Numbered from the stretch's first letter, positions 25,611 through 38,544 are shown. The stretch: DNA of 64,000 bases from Macrostomum hystrix (GCA_950097015.1 CATNEN010000011.1:3596001-3660000); one strand, 5' to 3'. The notes: generated from the letters alone by a model not told the origin. A program made the numbers and translations.

Positions 25611-25696
25611 GTGAGTTACACATACGTAAGCTGACCTACTTAAAGTAGTAATTTATGATTTAGATGTAGGCTAATATGACAAAATGATTTTTCTAG

Positions 25697-26031
25697 ATCG
25701 AATCAATTTTGTATACGGCTCCGGCGCACTCTTTGTTCGCCCGTTGCGTCACCTGCGCAAAACCCTAGACAATCTGCCGCTAATTGCCATAGACAGCTAT
25801 CAGCACATGTACGCATTTGAGTTCGATGTGATGGAGACTCTGCAAGACTTTCCCAGTCGGCTGGCTAATTTTATTGAGGATCTATTTAGCGGCCGTCTTC
25901 ACACCGAGTTTCATCGGGTCAACGACGGCGATAAGGCTCAGGCTACCATGGCAACGGAGCCGCCGCCAAGCGCTTTTAAGAGATTATCACCCAGTGCATC
26001 CAGATACTCATTCGCTAGGGAAGAGTTGTGA
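25697..26031 (+). CDS. ERP44: ERp44-like protein, exon 6 (C-terminal REEL)
   Basis: LPLIAIDSYQHMYAF...DLFSGRLHTEFH...PPPSAFKRLSPSASRYSFAREEL* matches the ERp44 C-terminus with an RDEL-type retrieval signal. Confidence 0.93.
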
Positions 26032-26084
26032 GACAGAAAAACACTGGATTGAATATCATTTTCTAAGCAAGAAAAATTACTTAT

Positions 26085-26430
26085 AGACGGTTGCTATGAC
26101 CGTTACATGGTTGCTAAGGTAGTTAAATGTTTGCTATGGTAGCTAGACTGTTTCTATGGTAGTTAAATGTTTGCTATGGTAGTTAGACTGTTGCTATGGT
26201 AGTTAGACGGTTGCTACCTATGATTGTTAGATGGTTGCTATGGTAGTTAAATGTTTGCTATGGTAGCTAGACTGTTGCTATGGTAGTTAAATGTTTGCTA
26301 TGGTAGTTAGACGGTTGCTATGGTAGTTAGACTGTTGCTATGGTAGTTAGACTGTTGCTATGGTAGTTAAATGTGTGCTATGGTAGTTAGACGGTTGCTA
26401 CCTATGATTGTTAGATGGTTGCTATGACAA
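26085..26430. repeat. ~20-bp minisatellite (GTTGCTATGGTAGTTAGACT)n
   Basis: Direct tandem repeat just 3' of the ERp44 stop codon. Confidence 0.9.
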
Positions 26431-26707
26431 CTCTGGATCAGGTTATGTCTAATCTTTAGGTGTGTGTCTTCGTCACAAATAATTTATTTTTATTGTATAA
26501 TTTTTCTGGCTTCTTGAAAAAAATTGTCAATCATCTGAAAAACATCTAATCCAAAAAATCATTCGCGCTTTACACTACTTCTATCAGCTGCTTTGGTGTA
26601 TTACAATTTTTTTGGTAAAACGGTAATATTCATGTACGAACTGCTTTTTTTGTCAAGAATTACATTAAATTGTAATATAAGAGACATCTTTTGCCACAGA
26701 GTGTTGT

Positions 26708-27655
26708 GCAATCGTCCCAATAACAAGAGAATCCTCCTAATAGCAAGAGAATCGTCCAAATAACAAGAGAATCGTCCAAATAACAAGAGAATCGTCCCAA
26801 TAACAAGAGAATCGTCCCAATAACAAGAGAATCGTCCCAATAACAAGAGAATCGTCCCAAAAACGATAATCGTCCGAAAAAAACTAAAGAATAGTCCTAA
26901 AAAGAATGGAATCGTCCCAATATCAAGAGAATCGTCCAAAAAGAAGAGAATCGTCCCAATAACAAGATAATCGTCCCTAAAAAGATAATCGTCTGAAAAA
27001 AATTAAAGAATAGTCCCAAGAATAATGGAATCGTCCCAATAACAAGAGAATCGTCCCAAAAACAAGAGAATCGTCCAAATAACAAGAGAATCGTCTTAAT
27101 AACAAGAGAATCGTCTTAATAAGATGAGAATCGTCCCAATAACAAGAGAATCGTCCCAATAACATGAGAATCGTCTTAATAACAAGAGAATCGTCCCAAT
27201 AACAAGAGAATCGTCCCAATAACAAGAGAATCGTCCTTATAACAAGAGAATCGTCCCAATAACAAGAGAATAGTCCCAATAACAAGAGAATCGTCCCGAA
27301 AACAAGAGAATCGTCCAAATAACAAGAGAATCGTCTTAATAACAAGAGAATCGTCTTAATAAGATGAGAATCGTCCCAATAACAAGAGAATCGTCCCAAT
27401 AACATGAGAATCGTCTTAATAACAAGAGAATCGTCCCAATAACAAGAGAATCGTCCCAATAACAAGATAATCGTCCCAATAACAAGAGAATCGTCCCAAT
27501 AACAAGAGAATCGTCCCAATAACAAGAGAATCGTCCCAATAACATGAGAATCGTCCCAATGACAAGAAAATCGTCCAAACAAAAGAAGAGGATCGTCCAA
27601 AGGGAAGATAATCGTCTAAAGGGAAGATAATCGTCTAAAGGGAAGATAATCGTGA
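26708..27655 (+). repeat. 20-bp minisatellite (AATAACAAGAGAATCGTCCC)n
   Basis: Direct tandem repeat; reverse complement of the array at 35145-36965. Confidence 0.95.
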
Positions 27656-28465
27656 TGAACGTGTGTGTTTTAGCTGTGTTGTGAATTCTGCAGTAGAAGA
27701 ATGCGTGAAAAACATCATTATAAGATTCAGAAGCCATTAAATGTACAACTGAGGAAAGGTTTTCAGAGAAAACAGACAAAGATTGTCGGCAATCAATTAA
27801 ACGGATGCCGTCATTATTCAAAACCACCGTGTTTAACTGAAGTCTTCGAAATCAACAACGCCTCAGTTACCGCAGTTTTTATATTGCCAAATAACATCGC
27901 GTTTTCACCATCACAGCTGCAGGTGCATCGATAGTTGAATATTTTTTTCACGATTCGTTTTTCCTAGCTTTTTATATGGCAGTCGAGATTTCTTCGTAAT
28001 AACAATTAAAATAGGCCAGTCAGGTTGCAGCTCTGCATCGTCAATAATCAGCGATGTTTTACAACACTAGTTCGTTCGGGTCGTGGATCATGATTAAACG
28101 AATGAACCAGCTGTTAAAATTACACTATGAATCTATCCGGTTCTAGATTGTTAATCAAGCGTGTTTCCAGGTCCATAACGATGTGCATTTATTTAAATAT
28201 CAAGGATATTGACTGTCAGTCTACAGTTCGCATGCTGATCATGTGGTTTGCGGGTCGTGTTTAGAGAGGTTTTCATGTTTTTATTGTGTCTTTTGACCTG
28301 GAATCTCATTAAAATTCACATCGTAGCAGGTCTTTGTGAGATGTTGGTAGACTCAATTGTTGGGTAGGCTGACTGGCTGTTGCACAGTTACACTGGGGCA
28401 ATAAAAATATTACTTTCTTCAGACTTTTTTTTACATTTATTGTTTCCTTTGAAAGATAATTGCCA

Positions 28466-28678
28466 ACTCACGACTTCACTGGAAAAATTGTTTACTTTAG
28501 AAAGACACTTAAACTCTGCATTGCTTCAGTTCACACAGCTGTTAAATGGTACCAGTACCAGCTGGGGGTAAATGAGTGTGGCGTCCCCCCAGTCCATGGA
28601 CTGAACAGTCCATGTTCAGTAGCTGCGGCTGTGCAGTCGGCTGCACATCTGACCTTATTGTGGCAGGTGTAATTAATA
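28466..28678 (+). mobile_element. SINE family A copy with partly deleted head
   Basis: ACTCACGACTT...AAGACACTTAAACTCTGCATTGCTTCAGTTCACACAGCTGTTAAATGGTACC...CAGTCCATGGACTG...GGCAGGTGTAAT. Confidence 0.8.
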
Positions 28679-28722
28679 TTTATTTTCTTACTTGATTAAT
28701 ATTTAAAGCAAATTATATTATA

Positions 28723-29641
28723 ACTTTTTGCAGCCTAGTTAATCCTGCAAGCATTGAATTTAATCATAAGTAGGCGGAGCAATGCTGCAGCAGTTGCTCT
28801 GGCAGCATGTCTATGGCTCGGACTGTGGCAAACCTGCATTCAATTTAATCCTGCAAGAGCGCATTTAATCATTTTTACTACACATCGTGCACTTTTTATC
28901 AGTGCAATCTGTGACATGAGTAATGAGCATCTCCAGAGCTTCGTTTGAAGCAGGGAATGAAGAAGGGCCCCCTCCCACCCCCCCCCGCGGCACGTCGCGG
29001 AAAGTATGACAAAATAACTGATGAGAAGTATGACATGATCTTAAACGCTTTGGATCGTGGAGAAACTGCGGCTGCCATCGCGCAGTGGCTCCAGGTGAAG
29101 CTGCACACCGTATACTCGATACGAAGACGTTACGAAGTCGCAGCTCACCGAAATCGAGGTGCTCAAGGGGGCGCTCGAACAGTAAAGATTACCGATGAGC
29201 TTCAGGCCGAAGATCCTCAGTTGCATGTCAGCGAGTGAACAGCAGAGCACTAGACAAGCAGATCTTTACGCTAAAATGCCTCAGTCGTGACGCCGACATT
29301 CCAGCAGCGAGAAACTCTGACGAGAACATTGCGCGCCGCCAGGTCTTCGCTCAGTGGCTGATCGAGCTAGAACCAGAATGTCATCTCATATACATTGATG
29401 AGACAGGCTTCAATATATGGACACATCGGTCGCAGGGTCGCAGCATCAGAGGGCAGAGAGTTCGGCGTAAAGTACATACACAACGTGGTGTGCAGGTGAA
29501 TGTGATACAAGATGCGCGCTTGCAGGATTAAATTGAATGCAGGTTTGTCATAGTCCGAGCCATAGACATGCTGCCAGAGCAACTGCTGCGCCACTTATGA
29601 TTAAATTGAATGCTTGCAGGATTAACTAGGCTGCAAAAAGC
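28723..29641 (+). mobile_element. Internally deleted IS630/Tc1-superfamily DNA transposon with ~130-140 bp TIRs and TA TSD
   Basis: Left TIR 28723-28864 and right TIR 29512-29641 are inverted copies, flanked by TA at 28721-22 and 29642-43, with a transposase remnant inside. Confidence 0.9.
28957..29511 (+). pseudogene. Truncated, frameshifted DDE transposase (HTH plus first catalytic Asp)
   Basis: N-terminal HTH-like ...AAAIAQWLQVKLHTVYSIRRRY...GGARTVKITDE, then a second frame ...LIYIDETGFNIWTHRSQGRSIRG...QRG that is cut by the right TIR. Confidence 0.82.
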
Positions 29642-30464
29642 TATATTTACCTGTTGATAAAATTACCGATACTAATTTGTGATCAGGAAAAAAACATATC
29701 TAAACGAGTATAGAAGGTTGATTGGATATTTTAGGATCGATACAGAAAAAAGAGAAGTGTGAAGAGAACATAGCCACGTGATCTTTCCACTGTCAGTTGT
29801 TACAAAAAAGTTTTTCTTTCAATTAACTAGCAAACATGAGCTGTGAATTGAAATCAGACTACTTTATAGTTATTTTTTTACTTCTAGTGATCAAGTGCCA
29901 CTTGAAGGTCGTTATGTTTCTTATAGATAACAAATCGCTTTGTTTTTTTGTTAGTCTATCATTCGAGAATCAACAAGTAGATGATCCGTGACACACCGAA
30001 TGACATTTCGCATAACAGCACGCATTTGCAAATCATTGCGATAAACGAGGCAGTTTAGTTCATCGATCGACAGATTGACACTGTTTGCTTAGCGAGAAAC
30101 TCCGCATGGACTTGCGTGACGTAATCACTGAAATAATCCGAATAGGATCGATAAAGATTCTGAGACCCGGCCCGTGACATCATCTTCCAAGTCTTTTGAC
30201 GAAATAAAAATCGAACACTAGAACGATTGAAGTGGAGTTATATGGAAGAAATCAACAGATTTGTTGATAAGATGCTTTTAACAATATAACCTCTGTGTGC
30301 TAAGTTTAGGAATAAAAAAAATTCAGATTCAAGTCTAACTCTGATGTGACTCATTTCTAGTTTGCCTTGAGCTATAGGTAGGCACTTGGGCAATCTGAAG
30401 CTTTTATCACTTTAAAGCATTTTTATCTTAACCAGCATTCTAAGAAATATTACCCAATAAATTT

Positions 30465-33400
30465 CAGAACTGTTATAATGAATCTACAGTTTATAACACT
30501 GGATTAAACATCTGTTTTAATGAATCTACAGTTTATAACACTGGATTAAAGACCTGTTCTAATGAATGTACAGTTTAGAACACTGGATTAAAGACCTGTT
30601 CTAATGAATCTACAGTTTATAACACTGGATTAAAGACCTGTTCTAATGAATCTACAGTTTAGAACACTGGATTAAAGATCTGTTCTAATGAATCTACAGT
30701 TTAGAACACTGGATTAAAGATCTGTTCTAATGAATCTACAGTTTAGAACACTGGATTAAAGACCTGTTCTAATGAATCTACAGTTTAGAACACTGGATTA
30801 AAGACCTGTTCTAATGAATCTACAGTTTAGAACACTGGATTAGAGACCTGTTCTAATGAATCTACAGTTTAGAACACTGGATTAAAGACCTGTTCTAATG
30901 AATCTACAGTTTAGAACACTGGATTAAAGATCTGTTCTAATGAATCTACAGTTTAGAACACTGGATTAAAGACCTGTTCTAATGAATCTACAGTTTAGAA
31001 CACTGGATTAAAGACCTGTTCTAATGAATCTACAGTTTAGAACACTGGATTAAAGATCTGTTCTAATGAATCTACAGTTTAGAACACTGGATTAAAGACC
31101 TGTTCTAATGAATCTACAGTTTAGAACACTGGATTAAACACCTGTTCTAATGAATCTACAGTTTAGAACACTGGATTAAAGATCTGTTCTAATGAATCTA
31201 CAGTTTAGAACACTGGATTAAAGATCTGTTCTAATGAATCTACAGTTTAGAACACTGGATTAAAGACCTGTTCTAATGAATCTACAGTTTAGAACACTGG
31301 ATTAAAGACCTGTTCTAATGAATCTACAGTTTAGAACACTGGATTAAAGACCTGTTCTAATGAATCTACAGTTTAGAACACTGGATTAAAGATCTGTTCT
31401 AATGAATCTACAGTTTAGAACACTGGATTAAACACCTGTTCTAATGAATCTACAGTTTAGAACACTGGATTAAAGACCTGTTCTAATGAATGTACAGTTT
31501 AGAACACTGGATTAAAGACCTGTTCTAATGAATCTACAGTTTATAACACTGGATTAAAGACCTGTTCTAATGAATCTACAGTTTAGAACACTGGATTAAA
31601 GACCTGTTATAATGAATCTACAGTTTAGAACACTGGATTAAAGACCTGTTCTAATGAATCTACAGTTTAGAACACTGGATTAAACACCTGTTCTAATGAA
31701 TCTACAGTTTAGAACACTGGATTAAAGACCTGTTATAATGAATCTACAGTTTAGAACACTGGATTAAAGACCTGTTCTAATGAATCTACAGTTTAGAACA
31801 CTGGATTAAACACCTGTTCTAATGAATCTACAGTTTAGAACACTGGATTAAACACCTGTTCTAATGAATCTACAGTTTAGAACACTGGATTAAAGACCTG
31901 TTCTAATGAATCTACAGTTTAGAACACTGGATTAAAGATCTGTTCTAATGAATCTACAGTTTAGAACACTGGATTAAAGACCTGTTCTAATGAATCTACA
32001 GTTTAGAACACTGGATTAAAGACCTGTTCTAATGAATCTACAGTTTAGAACACTGGATTAAAGACCTGTTCTAATGAATCTACAGTTTAGAACACTGGAT
32101 TAAAGACCTGTTCTAATGAATCTACAGTTTAGAACACTGGATTAAAGACCTGTTCTAATGAATCTACAGTTTAGAACACTGGATTAAAGACCTGTTCTAA
32201 TGAATCTACAGTTTAGAACACTGGATTAGAGACCTGTTCTAATGAATCTAATCATTAGATTCTCTTAGATAGTTTAGAACACAGGATTAAAGATCTGTTC
32301 GGATGAATCTACAGTTTAGAACACTGGATTAAAGATCTGTTCTAATGAATCTACAGTTTAGAACACTAGATTAAAGACCTGTTCTAATGAATCTACAGTT
32401 TAGAACACTGGATTAAAGATCTGTTCTAATGAATCTACAGTTTAGAACACTGGATTAAAGACCTGTTCTAATGAATCTAATCATTAGATTCTCTTAGATA
32501 GTTTAGAACACAGGATTAAAGATCTGTTCGGATGAATCTACAGTTTAGAACACTGGATTAAAGATCTGTTCTAATGAATCTACAGTTTAGAACACTAGAT
32601 TAAAGACCTGTTCTAATGAATCTACAGTTTAGAACACTGGATTAAAGATCTGTTCTAATGAATCTACAGTTTAGAACACTGGATTAAAGACCTGTTCTAA
32701 TGAATCTACAGTTTAGAACACTGGATTAAACACCTGTTCTAATGAATCTACAGTTTAGAACACTGGATTAAAGACCTGTTCTAATGAATCTACAGTTTAT
32801 AACACTGGATTAAAGACCTGTTTTAATGAATCTACAGTTTAGAACACTGGATTAAAGACCTGTTTTAATGAATCTACAGTTTAGAACACTGGATTAAAGA
32901 CCTGTTCTAATGAATCTACAGTTTAGAACACTGGATTAAACACCTGTTCTAATGAATCTACAGTTTAGAACACTGGATTAAACACCTGTTCTAATGAATC
33001 TACAGTTTAGAACACTGGATTAAAGACCTGTTCTAATGAATCTACAGTTTATAACACTGGATTAAAGACCTGTTCTAATGAATCTACAGTTTAGAACACT
33101 GGATTAAAGACCTGTTCTAATGAATCTACAGTTTAGAACACTGGATTAAAGACCTGTTCTAATGAATCTACAGTTTAGAACACTGGATTAAAGATCTGTT
33201 CTAATGAATCTACAGTTTAGAACACTGGATTAAAGATCTGTTCTAATGAATCTACAGTTTAGAACACTGGATTAAAGATCTGTTCTAAGGAATCTACAGT
33301 TTAGAACACTGGATTAAACACCTGTTCTAATGAATCTACAGTTTAGAACACTGGATTAAACACCTGTTCTAATGAATCTACAGTTTAGAACACTGGATTA

Positions 33401-33510
33401 AAGACCTGTTCTAATGAATCTACAGTTTAGAACACTGGATTAAAGATCTGTTCTAATGAATCTACAGTTTAGAACACTGGATTAAAGACCTGTTCTAATG
33501 AATCTACAGT
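30465..33510. repeat. 42-bp satellite (CTACAGTTTAGAACACTGGATTAAAGACCTGTTCTAATGAAT)n, about 72 copies
   Basis: Direct tandem repeat with period 42 and no unique spacers. Confidence 0.98.
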
Positions 33511-34232
33511 CTGCAGTTAGATTTAAAGTTCTTGATTAGTACATACTTTTCGTACCTAGACAGGTACCTCAGTCTAGCTACATTAATCCAAACAAACGCA
33601 ATTGATTACCATAGTTAAACAAATGAGTTTTTTGACGCACTATAAACGTGTTTCGGACGAAATTTTGACAATCAATATAGCAAAGACGTAAAGCTTTCTT
33701 GTTATATACTTTTTATTCCCAAAATGATTGCTGTTTTGTCGGGCGCATTAAGTGAAATGTTATAGGCTGCAGTTTAATGTGATAGATAGATATGTAACCA
33801 GACCCGTAATTACCCTGCCTAACCAGAGTCAAAGCAGTGAAGTTATATTTATAACAAGAACTATACGAACAGCTACCACAGTATTAATCTAACCCCAGTT
33901 ATAACGGTCCGTTGACTTTAATCGATATAAAGTGCACAGTTTTGAGATCGCTGTGAAGCCAATGTGCATTTTATTGCCCCGAAATCATATAATACGGCGA
34001 GCTATTGTCGAGAGATATAAAAAATTTCTTTGCATGTTTTTCCTAGCGTCAAGTTTTTCATTCTAAAAGACTGTCATTATTTTATATTTCATTTAATCCC
34101 AATTCCGCATAAGGGAATTGGGATTTGTATTTCACGTTCAATTCAATTCAATATTTTTTACATTTAGTGATAGCAGCAGGATCAAATTAAACTTTTAATC
34201 TATTTAACAAATACTTATTAATAATTTAATAA

Positions 34233-34464
34233 TTGATTACACCTGCCCCAATCGGGCCAGATGTGCAGCCGACAGCATCTGAAAGCTGCGTACAGCTGTT
34301 CAGTCCATGGACTGGGAAGACGAAACACCCAACCATCAACTACCCCAGCTGATGCTGATAACCATTTAGCTACAGGGTGAACTGAATTGTTCTAATGGAG
34401 TCGGGAATCGAACCCCCGACCTTCAAGTCGTGAGTCCTACGCTCTAAGCACAATGCTGCAACCT
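34233..34464 (-). mobile_element. SINE family A, near full-length
   Basis: tRNA-like head (GAAGGTCGGGGGTTCGATTCCC), partly deleted core, CAGTCCATGGACTG palindrome and 3' stem-loop CTGGCCCGATTGGGGCAG. Confidence 0.85.
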
Positions 34465-34518
34465 CTACTTGTTGAGAAATATAGTTGTCAACGTTTCTGA
34501 AAGTCAATAACTAACTCG

Positions 34519-34625
34519 AAGGCTGCGTACAGCTGTCCAGTCCATGGACTGGGCGGACGCCACACCAAACCATGAATTACTGGTACCCATTGAACAGCTG
34601 GGTGAACTAAAGGCAATGTAGACAT
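34519..34625 (-). mobile_element. SINE family A internal fragment
   Basis: GCTGCGTACAGCTGTCCAGTCCATGGACTGGGCGGACGCCACACC...GGTACCCATTGAACAGCTGGGTGAACT on the + strand. Confidence 0.8.
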
Positions 34626-35144
34626 AAAGGGACTCGTAAAGGAATGAGTCAGACTCGCTAACCACGTGGGTAGAGTAACCCCTCATAGCAAAGCATAAAT
34701 GTATTAAAATGTACTTTTAAAATAGAATCTACGAGCTCGTATAATGTCATTTTTGACTATTCACCAGATTTTTTCATCTCTAGCAGCGACATGAAAAGTT
34801 ACGGTTTCCAACAAGCTGGACATCAGATAGACTATTTCACAATCCACTTTGATAGTCCAGCTCTTGAATAACTCCCGCGAGAGTAATAAAACTCAAGCTC
34901 CATTGATCACTTCTGAATGGGCAAAGGGATTCGAAAATGTCAGTTGAAATCAAATCAGCAGGTCTTGATTTTCTTGAAAACTCTCTCTTTCTTTCTGTAT
35001 TGATAAACAAAAATTCATTAGAATGCTTGGAAGCTATCTGACAAACTCTATAGTGTTTATATGACCAAAGCAAGGATTTAAAACTATTTCCTTGTCAACA
35101 AGACGATTTTATTGTCATTGTGTCTAGAAATAGATGAAAAATAT

Positions 35145-36965
35145 GATTCTCTTACTATTCTGACGATTCTCTCGTTATTGGGACGATTCTCTTGTTATTG
35201 GGACGATTCTCTTGTTATTGGGACGATTCTCTTGTTATTGGGACGATTCTCTTGTTATTGGGACGATTCTCTTGTTATTTGGACGATTCTCATCTTATTA
35301 AGACGATTCACTTGTTATTAAGCCGATTCTCTTGTTATTTGGACGATTCTCTTGTTTTTAGGACGATTCTCTTGTTATTGGGACTATTTTATTGTTATTG
35401 GGACGATTCTCTTGTTATTGGGACGATTCTTTGTTATTGGGACGATTCTATTGTTATTTGAACGATTCTCTTGTTATTGAGACGATTCTCTTGTTATTGG
35501 GACGATTCTCTTGTTATTGGGACGATTCTCTTGTTTTTGTGACGATTCTCTTGTTATTAAGACGATTCTCTTGTTATTTGGGCGATTCTCTTGTTTTTAG
35601 GACGATTCTCTTGTTATTTGGACTATTTTATTGTTATTGGGACGATTCTCTTGTTATTGGGACGATTCTTTGTTATTGGGACGATTCTATTGTTATTTGA
35701 ACGATTATCTTGTTATTGGGACGATTCTCTTGTTATTGGGACGATTCTCTTGTTATTGGGACGATTCTCTTGTTATTGTGACGATTCTCTTGTTATTGGG
35801 ACGATTCTCTTGTTTTTGTGACGATTCTCTTGTTATTGGGACGATTCTCTTGTTATTGGGATGATTCTCTTGTTATCGGGATGATTCTCTTGTTATTGGG
35901 ACGATTCTTTTGCTATTGGGACGATTCTCTTGTTATTGGGACGATTCTCTTGTTATTGGGACGATTCTCTTGTTATTGGGACCATTATCTCGTTATTGGG
36001 ACGATTCTCATGTTATTGGGACGATTCTCTTGTTATTAAGACGATTCTCATGTTATTTGGACGATTCTCTTGTTATTGGGACGATTCTCATCTTATTAAG
36101 ACGATTCTCTTGTTATTAAGACGATTCTCTTGTTATTTGGACGATTCTCTTGTTATTTGGACGATTCTCTTGTTTTTAGGACGATCCTCTTGTTCTTGGG
36201 ACTATTTTATTGTTATTGGGACGATTCTCTTGTTATTGGGACGATTCTTTGTTACTGGGACGATTCAACTGTTATTGGGACGATTCTCTTGTTTTTGTGA
36301 CGATTCTCTTGTTATTGGGACGATTCTGATGTTCTTGGGACGATTCTCTTGTTATTGGGATGATTCTCTTGTTTTTGGGATGATTCTCTTGTTATTGGGA
36401 CGATTCTCTTGTTATTGGGATGATTCTCTTGTTTTTGGGATGATTCTCTTGTTATTGGGACGATTCTCTTGTTATTGGGACGATTCTCTTATTATTGGGA
36501 CGATTCTCTTGTTATTGGGACGATTCTATTGTTATTGGGACGATTCTCTTGTTATTTGGACGATTCTCTTGTTATTGGGATGATTCTCTTGTTATTGGGA
36601 CGATTCTCATGTTATTGGGACGATTCTCTTATTATTGGGACGTTTCTCTCATTATTGGGACGATTCTCTTGTTATGGGGACGATTCTCTTGTTATTGGGA
36701 CGATTCTATTTTTATTGGGACGATTCTCTCGTCATTGGGACGATTCTCTCGTCATTGGGACGATTCTCATGTTATTAAGATGATTATCTTTTTATTGGGA
36801 CGATTCTTTGTTATTGGGACGATTCTCTTGTTATTGGGACGATTCTCTTATTATTGGGACGATTCTCTTGTTATTGGGACGATTCTATTTTTTTTGGGAC
36901 GATTCTCTTGTTATTGGGACGATTCTAATGTTATTGTGACGATTCTCCTGTTATTGGGACGATTC
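35145..36965 (-). repeat. 20-bp minisatellite (GGGACGATTCTCTTGTTATT)n, inverted relative to 26708-27655
   Basis: Direct tandem repeat; source of the LLGRFSCYWDDSLVIGTIL ORFs. Confidence 0.97.
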
Positions 36966-37559
36966 TGATTGTCTCCTTATCATTTTAATTACAATGGAAC
37001 GGTTGCCTTCTAGGGAACCGACTTCCAGATTATTTTTCAATCGAAAAACTAAAAGACTAATTTTGTCGCAAACTTCCTGAATCTTTAAGATTGTTCAAGT
37101 AGTACGTATTTCGTAGAATAACATACAAATCACTATAAAGTTAACTGCAAAGCTTGAGCTAATGTTAAAAGGCCAGTTAGATTAACAAATATCAGTAATT
37201 TACGAGTACACAAGTAATAGATAAGCAAAAATAAACAGTATTTACAATTGTTTTATAAGAAGCTATGCAAGTTACGCTTTAAATTAGAGATAAAATAGTT
37301 TTTTAAAATCTATTTTTACCTAGTTAATAAACAATTCGTACAAGTCTTTTAGTTTATTGATAGGTGAGACAAGACACTGATTTAGCAAATACTGACAAAT
37401 CGAGCACTAAATAAAAAGCAGTGTGCAGTGAACAATGAGTTAGAGAATTGTATAGAAATAATGTACATATTTATTATATTAATACTAATATTATCTTGAC
37501 TGACTGATTAGCCTGGAGAAAAGGTACAGTGTGTATGTACTGCTGATGAGGCACGGAAG

Positions 37560-37920
37560 ATGAGACAGGGAGACACGAGATAGGGGGAGATGAGACATGG
37601 AAGAGGTAAGATATAGGACAGACGATACAGGGGGGAAGATGAAACATAGGAGAGATAAGACAATGAGATATGTGACAGGGAGGGATGAGATAGGGGAGAG
37701 ATAAGTCAGGGGAGAGATGAGACAGGGGAGAGATAAGACATGGGAGAGATAAGACATGGGAGAGATGAGTCAGGGGAGAGATGAGACAGGGGAGAGATAA
37801 GACATGGGAGAGATGAGTCAGGGGAGAGATGAGACAGGGGAGAGATAAGACATGGGAGAGATGAGACATGGGAGAGAGAGGACAGTGTGAGGTGAGATAG
37901 GGAGAGATAAGACACAGTGA
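37560..37920. repeat. 16-bp GA-rich minisatellite (GAGACA(G/T)GGGAGAGAT)n
   Basis: Direct tandem repeat related to the array at 44040-44225. Confidence 0.85.
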
Positions 37921-37963
37921 TGTACATCTGTTATATAAGTGAAGTGAAAAAAGTGACATTAAA

Positions 37964-38544
37964 TCACAGATGCGCCACACCACCCGCGCCAGACTGCGAA
38001 TGATGAGAATATGAGTAGGATTGTGAGTGCGAGTGACTAGTTGATGACGAGTGCTGCTGCTGATGCTGCTGACGCTGCTGATGCACGTGCGATTGTGAAT
38101 GCGAGTGTGGCGAAGCCGCAGAAGAAGCTGGGGACCAGTTGTTGTCGTTGTTGTTGTTGTTGTTGACGATGTTGCCATTGGTAACGCCCTGCTGGCAGTT
38201 CATGAAGTTATTAGCCGCACTGGACTGGAGCACGATTCGGTTTGACGACACGGACGGTCGGTGCGAGATTCGATCTAAGGAGCGCTCCGTGTCAGAATAG
38301 AAGCCGCCACCGCCGCCGCCGTCTGCCAGCTGAAGGCAGACGTGAATGTCGTACAGGCTGGCCAGAATAGGACAGAATAGGGCCAACGATGTCACCATGG
38401 CTGCTAGCAGGTAGCTCCAGCCAAGCTCGCAAATGCCGCTGCGAAACACTCCGCTTGGCGCCGAGTCCCTGCTGCAGAAGTGGCGCACGACAGGCGAGCC
38501 GAAACCAACCGGGTAGGTCAGGAGACCTCCGATGCATAGTAGCA
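37964..38544 (-). CDS. LHFPL/TMHS-family tetraspan protein, exon 2 (TM3-TM4 and long low-complexity tail)
   Basis: LLCIGGLLTYPVGFGSPVVRHFC...FRSGICELGWSYLLA matches the LHFPL YPxGW/F...C...Y/FxLGxCxxxWAY motif. Acceptor TTCCTCACCGCAG, phase 1 joins exon 1; total 370 aa. Confidence 0.88.

Noticed and set aside
30465-33510. CRISPR-like array (42-bp partially palindromic repeat)
   Set aside because: Units are head-to-tail with no unique spacers, there are no cas genes, and the context is eukaryotic.
37540-37570. CTGATGAG motifs at ~37543 and ~29018 as hammerhead cores
   Set aside because: No stem II followed by GAAA and no stem I pairing; the 29018 hit is within transposase coding sequence.
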